Positions 7,048-15,765 of a DNA stretch of 39,256 nt are shown piece after piece. The position numbers were made by a program, and so were the translations under genes. The DNA comes from a virus (Duplodnaviria; Caudoviricetes): positions 1 through 39,256 of the IMG/VR virus record IMGVR_UViG_3300011336_000149; one strand, 5' to 3'. The notes under the pieces are model-generated. The model was not told the origin of the DNA. It did not search any database and saw nothing but the letters and a program-made list of their open reading frames with translations. The first letter of the stretch is position 1; every line of letters starts with the position of its first letter.

Positions 7048-7067
7048 ACATCTTTAACGAAACTGTT

Positions 7068-7937
7068 ATGAAACATAAATCACTATCATCATCTGCAATG
7101 TTGCTTGACATGAACATCTCTGTATACACAGGGCGCAAGCAAGACAAGGTCACGGCTGAAGAGGTCAACCTTGCCAAAAACACCCGATCCAGTAAAGCTG
7201 CTTCGGTTTACAAGTCACTGTTTGTAGGTGACGCTGATCTGGAGGCAATCAATTCACACGCTGGCAAGGTGCGTACGTGGTTGTATTCAGTTACCCTGCC
7301 GTGGTCAGATTCAGGGACAAGGCTTGTGCCGACCAAAGCCTTCTTTGACATCTCACACGAACTCTCGGAACACGAGAAAGAATTCGACCGATTGGTTCAG
7401 CAGTTTGTAACCAACTACGGGGTCAAGATTTCTTCTCAGGCGTTCAAGCTTGGCAAGTTGTTTGACCCTGTCGAGTACCCAACCGTGGAAGCAATCGAGC
7501 ATAAGTTTGGCCTGCGGTATCACTTCACCCCTGTGCCTGAAGCGGGTGACTTCCGTGTGGACATCCCTGCGGAAGCGGCTGAGCAACTCAAGGCCAAGTT
7601 TGAGATGGCTACAACCACCCGTGTACGTGAAGCCATGCAAGAACCTTGGAATCGTTTGTACGAAGAAGTGCAACACATCCGAGATAAGATGATTGCCAAG
7701 GAAGACGGCAAGCCACAGAAGCTGTACCAATCCATGCTCGACAACGCATTGGGTTTGTGTAGTACTTTGAAGTCATTGAACATCTTGGATGACCCTGACT
7801 TGGAAGCGGCACGCCGTGCCCTTGAACTATCTCTGACTAACGTGGACATCAAATCCCTGCGTGAGTCACCTGAGATGCGCAACTCCATCATTACCAAGAT
7901 GGATGAACTGAAAGATAAATTTTCATTGGACATTTAA
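7068..7937 (+). CDS. DUF3150-like alpha-helical protein associated with the AAA/vWA module
   Basis: TLPWSDSGTRLVP, YP..E....KF and DFRV patterns; position upstream of the AAA+ and vWA genes. Confidence 0.65.
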   Translation: MKHKSLSSSAMLLDMNISVYTGRKQDKVTAEEVNLAKNTRSSKAASVYKSLFVGDADLEAINSHAGKVRTWLYSVTLPWSDSGTRLVPTKAFFDISHELSEHEKEFDRLVQQFVTNYGVKISSQAFKLGKLFDPVEYPTVEAIEHKFGLRYHFTPVPEAGDFRVDIPAEAAEQLKAKFEMATTTRVREAMQEPWNRLYEEVQHIRDKMIAKEDGKPQKLYQSMLDNALGLCSTLKSLNILDDPDLEAARRALELSLTNVDIKSLRESPEMRNSIITKMDELKDKFSLDI

Positions 7938-7938
7938 T

Positions 7939-8199
7939 ATGAAATACCAACAACCACCTGACGACCCCAAAATGCGTGTAGAGATCGATGATCTGTACGA
8001 AGCCCTGTTCCAAACCATTTCACAAAGCGGTGCCATGCGTGTTGACGTTGTGATTAACGTACTGCTACGTATGACGTGCGCTATCGCTGTCGAACATGGG
8101 GCGGACAGGCAAACTGTAATGGATGCAACGGGCGCTTGCTTCGACGCCACACTTGCGGCCAAAGACTTATTTGATAAACACGAATCAACCCTGCAATAA
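7939..8199 (+). CDS. Hypothetical protein
   Basis: 86-aa ORF tightly packed in the operon. Confidence 0.7.
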   Translation: MKYQQPPDDPKMRVEIDDLYEALFQTISQSGAMRVDVVINVLLRMTCAIAVEHGADRQTVMDATGACFDATLAAKDLFDKHESTLQ

Positions 8200-8216
8200 A
8201 CTTAAACGGAAACATC

Positions 8217-9272
8217 ATGCAAACTAATATGACATACAACGAAACTGTTGACTTCATCTGTGCCGTAGGCTCAGAGGTAACCCCGATTGTGGAAGGCCAC
8301 ATCGGTTCTGGTAAATCATCTTTGATCCATGCCATCGGCAAGCGATTCCCCAACCACCGCAAGGTGTACATGGACATGACTGTGATGCACGAGGGTGACT
8401 TTCGTGTACCTGCGGTCAACCATACAACCAAGACCACCGAGTTCTACTACAACGAATCGTTCGGGCTAGATAGCGACACGCCTGTGATCCTGATGCTGGA
8501 TGAGTTCGGTAAGGGTTCACGTTCTGCGCAAGATGCGGCACTGCCCCTGCCTGTTGAGAGACGTGCAGGCAACAAGTATCTGCACAAAGAATCCCTTGTG
8601 TTCATGACCACCAACCTAGGTGGCGAGGGTGTGGGCGATATGCTCAAGCCCCATCACCGCAATCGTGTGACTTCCATTCGCATGGGCAAGCAGACGGGTG
8701 ACGAGTGGGTTGAGAACTATGCCAAGGCTAACGGTATTGCACCCGAGGTCATCATGTGGGTAGGCGAGCGCCCCGATGCCCTGCATTCGTATGAGATGTA
8801 CGACAACCCTGACGACAACCCGTTGATCTATCACCCCAAGGCACAGCGGTCAGCGTTCGTGACACACAGATCATTGGAGCAAGCATCCAAGATCATCAAC
8901 AAGCGCCACTTGTTTACACCCAATGCGTTGGAGACAGCGTTGATCGGTACGATTGGTGCACCTGCTGCCCTTGACATTCAGTCATGGATTGCAATGGGTG
9001 ATTCATTACCCAAGCGTGCTGAGATCATCAGTAGCCCCGACACTGCCCGTTTGCCTGACCAAATACCAAGCCGGTTGATGCTTGCGTACCAAGCCTTGAA
9101 CTGGGTGACCGAGGATACGCTCGACTCATGGATGACGTACATGGCCCGTATGCAACGTGAGGTGCAGGCATTGTTCTGTACCAGCATCATCAAGAAAGAA
9201 AGCAAGCAGTTTGTATTAGAGAACGATCAGTTCACTAAGTTTGCTATCGCTAAGCAATACTTGTTTGAGTGA
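8217..9272 (+). CDS. MoxR-like AAA+ ATPase
   Basis: Walker A GHIGSGKS, Walker B ILMLDE, sensor-1 MTTN, arginine finger RNR. Confidence 0.88.
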   Translation: MQTNMTYNETVDFICAVGSEVTPIVEGHIGSGKSSLIHAIGKRFPNHRKVYMDMTVMHEGDFRVPAVNHTTKTTEFYYNESFGLDSDTPVILMLDEFGKGSRSAQDAALPLPVERRAGNKYLHKESLVFMTTNLGGEGVGDMLKPHHRNRVTSIRMGKQTGDEWVENYAKANGIAPEVIMWVGERPDALHSYEMYDNPDDNPLIYHPKAQRSAFVTHRSLEQASKIINKRHLFTPNALETALIGTIGAPAALDIQSWIAMGDSLPKRAEIISSPDTARLPDQIPSRLMLAYQALNWVTEDTLDSWMTYMARMQREVQALFCTSIIKKESKQFVLENDQFTKFAIAKQYLFE

Positions 9273-9279
9273 GATCACC

Positions 9280-10425
9280 ATGCAACTAACACCATCCCAA
9301 CGCCTTGAGCGTGCCCACGTATCCCTGCTACGTGACAGCGAATATATGTGGTTGGCAGGCATCATCCCTATGGGCAGGAACGAAGTAGTGGATGACCCTA
9401 ACATGACGGCACGTACCGATGGGCTTGATTCTGAATACGGTATGCAGTTCATTGCCAAGCTAACCGATGCCGAACTCAAGGGGCTTGTGCTCCATGAGAA
9501 GATGCACTGTGCTTTCAAGCATCTGCGTACGTGGTCGTACCTGCATGACGATGACCCTGAACTTGCGAACATGGCGTGTGACTACGTCATCAACTTACCC
9601 ATCCAAGATAGATACTACAGAGATCAATTTGTAAAACTACCTGATGGTGGGTGCGTTGATGTGAAGTACCGTGACATGGATGCAGGCGAGGTGTTCCAGC
9701 TACTCAAGCAAGACAACAAGCACAACAAGCCCAAGGGCTTTGACCAACACGATTGGGACGGAGCCGCCAAGCTGACTGACGAGCAAGCTGACGAGTTGAG
9801 CAAGGCAGTTGACCAAGCGTTACGTCAAGGCAACATCTTTGCAAGCAAGGCAGGTGCAAACGTTGACCGCAACATACTTGAGATGCTCAAGCCCAAGGTG
9901 GATTGGCGTGAGGTACTTCGTGACTTCATTACCAACTGCAAGCCCGGCGATGACTACACATCGTACAGACGCATCGACCGCAGGTTCATGAGCCAAGATG
10001 TCATGGCGCCCACGTCGTACAGCGACAGTGTGTTTCGTATAGCCCTTGGTGCAGATACATCAGGTTCAATCAATGACAAGGTGTTGGCTACGTTTCTTGC
10101 AGAGGTGCAAGGTGTATGTGATTCGGTTAAACCCGAACTTGTGGACTTGATGTATTGGGGGCACAATGTAGCTGCACACGAAATCTACGAAGCTGATTCG
10201 ATTAGTACACTGCATCAAAGCACACGACCCAAGGGTGGGGGTGGTACAGAACCGAGTTGCGTTACACGCTATATGCGTGAGCAGCGCATTGTGCCGGACT
10301 GTATTGTGATGCTGACCGATGGTGATGTGTTTGGTGACTGGGGTGGTGACTGGCCAGCCCCTGTACTTTGGTGCATCAACAATAAACAAATAGTCGCACC
10401 GCATGGAGTCACGGTGCACATCTAA
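9280..10425 (+). CDS. DUF2201-like metallopeptidase plus vWA domain protein
   Basis: TARTDG, LHEKMH (HExxH), N.ACDYVIN; vWA MIDAS residues DTSGS, GGGT, LTDG. Confidence 0.88.
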   Translation: MQLTPSQRLERAHVSLLRDSEYMWLAGIIPMGRNEVVDDPNMTARTDGLDSEYGMQFIAKLTDAELKGLVLHEKMHCAFKHLRTWSYLHDDDPELANMACDYVINLPIQDRYYRDQFVKLPDGGCVDVKYRDMDAGEVFQLLKQDNKHNKPKGFDQHDWDGAAKLTDEQADELSKAVDQALRQGNIFASKAGANVDRNILEMLKPKVDWREVLRDFITNCKPGDDYTSYRRIDRRFMSQDVMAPTSYSDSVFRIALGADTSGSINDKVLATFLAEVQGVCDSVKPELVDLMYWGHNVAAHEIYEADSISTLHQSTRPKGGGGTEPSCVTRYMREQRIVPDCIVMLTDGDVFGDWGGDWPAPVLWCINNKQIVAPHGVTVHI

Positions 10426-10432
10426 GGAAGTA

Positions 10433-10693
10433 ATGGAACGGAACCCAAAATGTATGTATCGGATTGTGAAGATGCCCAAGTCAGGGCGTTGGAAGGTCAC
10501 GGTATTTCTAGGCGCAGAAGCTAAGCTGAATGCGTCTTATACCCACGAAGCATTGCCTGAGTGGATACGTAAAGACATCGCATTGCTAAGCATGGTGCAC
10601 CAGATGGATGACATACCTTCTATCGGGCACCGTGTGGGCGATGTGTATTGGTTAACACCAAAGGATAAAGATGAAAGCTGTACTGGAGTTTAA
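10433..10693 (+). CDS. Hypothetical protein
   Basis: AAGGAAG upstream of ATG 10433. Confidence 0.7.
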   Translation: MERNPKCMYRIVKMPKSGRWKVTVFLGAEAKLNASYTHEALPEWIRKDIALLSMVHQMDDIPSIGHRVGDVYWLTPKDKDESCTGV

Positions 10694-10871
10694 CTACCCA
10701 GAAGATGAACGCAAACTACTGTATGCGATCAAGGGTAAGGATATGTACGTAGCCCTTGTCAATCTCAGGGTACTTGTAGCAAAGCAGTTAACACACAAAG
10801 CGGATATGTCCGACACACTGGAGGGTGTGCGCGATGTCATCGAAGATATTTTTTATGAATTAGGGGAATAG
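10671..10871 (+). CDS. Hypothetical protein (MKAVLEFNYPED-type small phage protein)
   Basis: AAGGA RBS; common small-phage N-terminal pattern. Confidence 0.8.
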   Translation: MKAVLEFNYPEDERKLLYAIKGKDMYVALVNLRVLVAKQLTHKADMSDTLEGVRDVIEDIFYELGE

Positions 10872-10872
10872 C

Positions 10873-11055
10873 ATGGATGAAGAAACACGGGAGATGGATT
10901 TTAGAATCGCTGACCTTGAAGCAGAGGTCAAGCGTTTGAAGAGAGTTGAGAGCGCGGCTCGCCTTGTGATGAAAGCGTTCAGCAATCAGTTGGACTACGA
11001 CTCATGGGACAAAGCCCTTGACACGCTAGAGGCGGTGCTGAAGGAGAAGCCATGA
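10873..11055 (+). CDS. Small coiled-coil hypothetical protein
   Basis: AGGGG RBS, heptad pattern. Confidence 0.7.
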   Translation: MDEETREMDFRIADLEAEVKRLKRVESAARLVMKAFSNQLDYDSWDKALDTLEAVLKEKP

Positions 11056-11519
11056 ACAGAGAAGACATTATTCGCATGGCACGAGAGGCGGGGATTGCAA
11101 ACTCATGGGACTTGAATTGGCAAGACAAAATCATTGAACGCTTTGCCGCCCTTATAGCTTCTGCCGAGCGTGAGGCGTGTGCAGATTTATGTAAAGAAAT
11201 GTATTTGTCAGGTGACATGGATACTGGTTTGGCAGAGGAAGCCATCCGAGCAAGGGGTGACGGCATAACATTAACCACCATACGGCATCCAAGAGGTAAG
11301 CCCGCGCTTGGTGATTTAAACCCCGAGTCATTGGAGACTGTGGAGATTGATCTGCCTGAGCGTGAGTGGGTTAGTCCAACAGACAAAGAAATAGAAGCTA
11401 TATGGGAGGTCGCCATGTTTGCTAATTATGGAGTTGGTGCTGAGTTAAGCAATCAACCTTTTGTTCATTACGCCCGAGCCATTGAAGCCAAACTCAAGGA
11501 GAAAAATCATGACAAATGA
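11052..11519 (+). CDS. Modular hypothetical protein (MNREDIIRMAREAG / EREACA / EWVxxTDxE / AIEAKLKEKN modules)
   Basis: AAGGAG RBS, ATGA overlap. Confidence 0.8.
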   Translation: MNREDIIRMAREAGIANSWDLNWQDKIIERFAALIASAEREACADLCKEMYLSGDMDTGLAEEAIRARGDGITLTTIRHPRGKPALGDLNPESLETVEIDLPEREWVSPTDKEIEAIWEVAMFANYGVGAELSNQPFVHYARAIEAKLKEKNHDK

Positions 11520-11736
11520 ACCAGTATTGTGGCACTACCCAGATGGCAAGCCAGACCAATGTACAACAGACAAAGCCTACGCTGAGAAAGACCCCGCTTG
11601 GACACCGATGTATTACAAGCATGAGTGGGTTGGGCTGACAGATGAGGAGTGGCTATCGCTTGGGTGCAAGTCCGTTGAAGAAGTACGCATTGGCCTTGCT
11701 ATTCAAACCAAACTCAAGGAGAAGAATTATGGATGA
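11509..11736 (+). CDS. Modular hypothetical protein sharing its C-terminal module with the 11052 protein
   Basis: AAGGAG RBS; EWVGLTDEE...AIQTKLKEKN. Confidence 0.78.
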   Translation: MTNEPVLWHYPDGKPDQCTTDKAYAEKDPAWTPMYYKHEWVGLTDEEWLSLGCKSVEEVRIGLAIQTKLKEKNYG

Positions 11737-11929
11737 CGATGACATTCAAGAATACGAAGCATCAGGCTGGCGTAAGCGTCAGGTTGCTATGGATAAAGAA
11801 TACAACTACGAACGTGAAATGCGCAACCGAACGATAGAAGAAGTAGCCAAGGCGGTGCATGGCTTTAAAGCTTTTGAGAAGGTCACTATGGATAGCTTTG
11901 CGGCATACATCAGGGGGTTAAAACGATAA
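11729..11929 (+). CDS. Hypothetical protein
   Basis: AAGGAG RBS before ATG 11729 (MDDDDIQEY). Confidence 0.75.
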   Translation: MDDDDIQEYEASGWRKRQVAMDKEYNYEREMRNRTIEEVAKAVHGFKAFEKVTMDSFAAYIRGLKR

Positions 11930-12108
11930 TGCCAAGACCGAAACCACCTGAGAAACTGTTAGGCAGGCAAGTCAGGATGTCCGACAGACAGTGGATCATC
12001 CTTAACCAACTTGGTGGTGCTGAATGGTTGAGAAATATTCTTGATAAGAAAGCGCCTATGCCCAAACAGTACTACGACAAACTCTTACAGGAACAAAAAA
12101 ATGATTGA
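11929..12108 (+). CDS. Small putative ribbon-helix-helix-like DNA-binding protein (59 aa, not in the track)
   Basis: TAATG overlap; MPRPKPPEKLLGRQVRMSDRQWIILNQLGGAEWLRNILDKK... Confidence 0.65.
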   Translation: MPRPKPPEKLLGRQVRMSDRQWIILNQLGGAEWLRNILDKKAPMPKQYYDKLLQEQKND

Positions 12109-12355
12109 ATCCGTAAAGCAACTGGAACTATTCCCCACTGCCAATGATATGCAGGTGGGCGGTGACCACTACATGGACAAGACCATACAACCTTGGGACT
12201 ACATTGTCAGCAACAACCTTGGCTATCTTGAAGGCAACATCATCAAGTACATCTCGCGTTGGAAAGAAAAGAACGGCGTAGCCGATCTGCGCAAGGCGCA
12301 ACATTACCTAGCCAAACTGATTGAGGTGGCAGATGGCACAGACCCCAGAAGTTAA
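12101..12355 (+). CDS. DUF3310 (SaV-like / T7 gp1.7-related) protein
   Basis: QVGGDHY...GNIIKYISRW..KNG..DL.KA.HYL signature. Confidence 0.88.
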   Translation: MIESVKQLELFPTANDMQVGGDHYMDKTIQPWDYIVSNNLGYLEGNIIKYISRWKEKNGVADLRKAQHYLAKLIEVADGTDPRS

Positions 12356-12746
12356 AGTCAAAGCCCGTGTGCGTGCCATCCTTGATGCATTGGGTATCTA
12401 TTACTTCATGCCCCCTGCCAACGGGTACGGCAGGCAAGGCATCCCCGACATCATCTGCTGTATGGCTGGCAGGTTCGTAGCCATCGAGTGCAAGGCAGGC
12501 AAGGGTCAACTGACTGAACTGCAAAAGCGTGAGCTAGATAAGATCATGAACGCCGATGGCCTGACCTATGTTGCACGAGAAGATAATTTAGTGGAACTCA
12601 AAGCCATGCTTCAAGAAGAGATAGCACCCACACGCAAGCACTTGGTTATCAAACGAATACCTGCGCCCCCCGGCACAGTATACAAATCAGAAGACGAGAT
12701 CATTGCCGAAGAAGGTCTTGATGTATTAGCAAGAAGGAACTCATGA
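12333..12746 (+). CDS. VRR-NUC domain nuclease
   Basis: TPE.KVK, GIPDII, FVAIECKA, LTELQ (PD-(D/E)xK). Confidence 0.88.
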   Translation: MAQTPEVKVKARVRAILDALGIYYFMPPANGYGRQGIPDIICCMAGRFVAIECKAGKGQLTELQKRELDKIMNADGLTYVAREDNLVELKAMLQEEIAPTRKHLVIKRIPAPPGTVYKSEDEIIAEEGLDVLARRNS

Positions 12747-14626
12747 ACCTAATCACAATCGACTTTGAAACTTACTACGATCAGAGGTACAGCCTGACCA
12801 AGATCAGCACCGAAGAGTACGTACGTGACAACAGGTTTGAAACCATTGGCTTTGCATACAAGATAAACGATGAACGATGTGTGTGGGTGACGGGCACCAA
12901 TGAGTACATCCAAAAGGTACTGGACACCCTGCCGTGGGATACCTCACTTGTGCTGGCACACAACACCATGTTTGATGGTGCGATCCTGTCGTGGCGATAC
13001 GGCATCAAGCCCAAGGGCTGGCTAGATACCATGAGCATGGGGCGTGCCCTGCATGGCGTAGATCAAAGCGTATCTCTTGCATCAATGGCTGTACGCTATG
13101 GTGTGGGGGAGAAGGGCACAGAGGTACATGTTGCTATGGGTATAGGGCGTGAGTTCTTTAGCCCTGACAAGCTTGCCGATTATGGTGCGTACTGTAAAAA
13201 CGATGTGCAGTTAACGTACAACATCTTTCAAATGATGATAAGCGCAGGTTTCCCCAAGGGTGAACTTAAGCTGATTGATCTGACGCTGAGTATGTTTATT
13301 CACCCTGTGCTCAAACTTAATACCGAAGCCTTGAAAGCGCACCTGATTGACACGGTGGCGCAGAAGAAAGCCCATCTGGTTAACGCACTGCAAGCTGTGG
13401 GCAAGCAAGACCTTGCGGTCAAGCACATCCTTGGTGACGAGGAAACGCAGGCCGAGGTACGCAAAACCCTGATGAGTAACGTACAGTTTGCCACCATGCT
13501 CAAGGGCTTAGATGTGGAAGCCCCCACCAAGATCAGCCCCGCCACAGGCAAGCCCACACTGGCGTTGGCCAAGAGTGACGAAGCGTTCAAGGCTTTACTT
13601 GAGCACGAAGATGTGCGGGTGCAAGCCCTGTGCGCGGCACGCATCGGAACCAAGTCAACCCTAGAAGAAACCCGTACTCAACGGTTCATGGACATCAGCA
13701 AGCGGGGGGCGTTCCCCATACCCCTGAAGTACTATGCTGCCCATACCGGAAGGTGGGGTGGTACAGATTCAGTTAACTTGCAGAACCTACCTAGCCGTGG
13801 GCCGAACGCAGGCAAGCTGAAGAAAGCGATCCTTGCACCAGAGGGTTATGTGTTTATTGATGCTGACTCAGCCCAGATCGAAGCCCGTACGTTGGCTTGG
13901 GAGTCGGGTCAGGATGACTTAGTGAAGGCGTTTGCAGATGGCGAAGATGTATACAAAATCATGGCGACGGCTATATATGGCAAGAGTGAAGCTGAGATCA
14001 CGAAGGACGAACGGTTTGTCGGTAAGACTACTATTCTGGGTGCCGGATACGGAATGGGTGGTGCAAAGTTTCAAGCCCAACTCAAAACTTTTGGTGCTGA
14101 GATGTCGACCGACGAGTGTGCGCGTATTATTTCGGTCTATCGTGACCGCTATGCAAAAGTCCCATTACTTTGGCGTGAATCGCAAGAAGCCTTACGTTGC
14201 ATGATGCGTGGCATGACCATGAAGCTGGGTAAAGATGGCCTGCTCACAGTGAATGAGAAAGGCATCCTCCTCCCGAACGGGCTACACATCTACTATAACG
14301 GCTTGGCAGAAGTTATTGAGAATGACAAGCGGCAGTTTACATATCAAACACGCAACGGCCCTAATAAAATATATGGTGGAAAAGTTGTTGAGAACTTCAC
14401 ACAGGCCATTGCAAGGTGTATCATTGGCGATCAAATGCTAAAAATTGCTAAGCGATACAAGGTCGTGCTTACTGTGCACGATGCTATTGGTATTGTCGCT
14501 AGGCAAGAAGAAGCCGATGAAGCACGTGCTTATGTGGAATCCTGCATGCGTTGGGTTCCGTCATGGGCTGAAGGTTTACCAGTCAACTGCGAAAGCGGTA
14601 TGGGATTGAGTTACGGAGATTGTTGA
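12743..14626 (+). CDS. polA: Family A DNA polymerase with 3'-5' exonuclease domain
   Basis: ExoI DFET, ExoII HNTMFD, ExoIII YCKND; TGRW, NLQNLP, motif A DSAQIEAR, motif B RFVGKTTILGAGYG, motif C VHD. Confidence 0.96.
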   Translation: MNLITIDFETYYDQRYSLTKISTEEYVRDNRFETIGFAYKINDERCVWVTGTNEYIQKVLDTLPWDTSLVLAHNTMFDGAILSWRYGIKPKGWLDTMSMGRALHGVDQSVSLASMAVRYGVGEKGTEVHVAMGIGREFFSPDKLADYGAYCKNDVQLTYNIFQMMISAGFPKGELKLIDLTLSMFIHPVLKLNTEALKAHLIDTVAQKKAHLVNALQAVGKQDLAVKHILGDEETQAEVRKTLMSNVQFATMLKGLDVEAPTKISPATGKPTLALAKSDEAFKALLEHEDVRVQALCAARIGTKSTLEETRTQRFMDISKRGAFPIPLKYYAAHTGRWGGTDSVNLQNLPSRGPNAGKLKKAILAPEGYVFIDADSAQIEARTLAWESGQDDLVKAFADGEDVYKIMATAIYGKSEAEITKDERFVGKTTILGAGYGMGGAKFQAQLKTFGAEMSTDECARIISVYRDRYAKVPLLWRESQEALRCMMRGMTMKLGKDGLLTVNEKGILLPNGLHIYYNGLAEVIENDKRQFTYQTRNGPNKIYGGKVVENFTQAIARCIIGDQMLKIAKRYKVVLTVHDAIGIVARQEEADEARAYVESCMRWVPSWAEGLPVNCESGMGLSYGDC

Positions 14627-15297
14627 TGGCAAAGATTCCTGCATGGTCATTCAGTAGCCTGAAGACATTTACCACATGCCCCAAGAAGTTCTACCATACC
14701 AAGGTACTCAAGGACATCAAGGAACCCGAGGATGAGCAAGCCCTCTATGGCAAGTTGGTACACGAGGTTGCTGAGTTGTACATACGGGATGGCAAGGAAA
14801 TCCCTGAGAAGTTTGCTTTCATCAAGCCTGCGCTCGATAGCCTGCTCAAGATACAGGGCGAGAAGTTCTGTGAATTAAAGATGGCGCTGACTGAAAAGCT
14901 GGAACCCTGCGACTTCTTTTCCCCTGACTGTTGGTTTCGTGGTGTAGCCGACCTGCTGATCGTTGACCGTGAGAAGGGTGAAGCCCGTGTGGTTGACTAC
15001 AAGCTAGGCAAGTCACGCTACGCTGACCTAGGGCAGTTGGAACTCATGGCACTTGCAGTGTTCAAAATGTTTCCAGAAGTCAAGAAGGTCAAGGGTGGCT
15101 TGTTGTTCTTAGCCGAGGATAAGTTTGTACCAACTATGTTTGAAGTAGAACAACAGCACAGGTACTGGGGCAACTGGATGCCCAAAGTCATGATGTTGGA
15201 AGGTGCATACAGCGCAGATATTTGGAATGCAAAACCCAACGGATTGTGTAAAAATTACTGCTGGGTGTCATCCTGCGCCCACTGTGGAAGGAAATGA
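14626..15297 (+). CDS. Cas4/RecB-like PD-(D/E)xK exonuclease
   Basis: WSFSSL...CP, ADLL...VDYK, QLELMA and C-terminal Cys cluster; TGATG overlap with pol. Confidence 0.88.
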   Translation: MAKIPAWSFSSLKTFTTCPKKFYHTKVLKDIKEPEDEQALYGKLVHEVAELYIRDGKEIPEKFAFIKPALDSLLKIQGEKFCELKMALTEKLEPCDFFSPDCWFRGVADLLIVDREKGEARVVDYKLGKSRYADLGQLELMALAVFKMFPEVKKVKGGLLFLAEDKFVPTMFEVEQQHRYWGNWMPKVMMLEGAYSADIWNAKPNGLCKNYCWVSSCAHCGRK

Positions 15298-15298
15298 T

Positions 15299-15577
15299 AT
15301 GCCCTACGTAAACAAACCTAGACCCTATAAGAAAGAATACCAACAGCAGTTGGACAGAAATGAATTACCTACAAGAAGAAAACGTGAGCAAGCCCGTGAC
15401 CTTTACGACAAAGAAGGCATTGACCGTACGGGAAAAGATATTGACCACAAGCGCCCACTATCTAAAGGTGGAAGCACGGCCAAGAGCAACCTGCAACTCA
15501 AAGCACCAAGCGCCAACCGTTCGTTCAGCCGTAACAGCGACCACACCGTAAAGGTAAACAAGCCGAAGAAGAAATAA
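15299..15577 (+). CDS. HNH endonuclease-like small protein
   Basis: DIDHKRPLSKGGS...SNL......ANRS; AAGGA RBS. Confidence 0.82.
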   Translation: MPYVNKPRPYKKEYQQQLDRNELPTRRKREQARDLYDKEGIDRTGKDIDHKRPLSKGGSTAKSNLQLKAPSANRSFSRNSDHTVKVNKPKKK

Positions 15578-15583
15578 AGAATA

Positions 15584-15745
15584 CGTGCCACGTCAGGTGT
15601 GAGTGGTGGCACGGGGGAGTTTACTAAAAAGTTGAACCCTTTAAACCGCATCAGTCAGAGTTTTTAACATTCCGTTTAGATGATCTGACCGATTGACACC
15701 CGTAAGGTGTCACCTAGCGATCAAAAGTGGATGTCACTTTTGGTC
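15584..15745 (+). ncRNA. Structured intergenic element or 5' leader of the helicase gene
   Basis: Four consecutive stems of 7-11 bp (see findings). Confidence 0.5.
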
Positions 15746-15765
15746 TGTTTTGCATTGGAGAATGT

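Noticed and set aside
15727-15765. Upstream GTG start for the helicase (and similar extended starts at 1574, 2567, 9241, 15203, 18841)
   Set aside because: The extensions run through hairpins or upstream genes, while the downstream ATGs have better initiation context or coupling.
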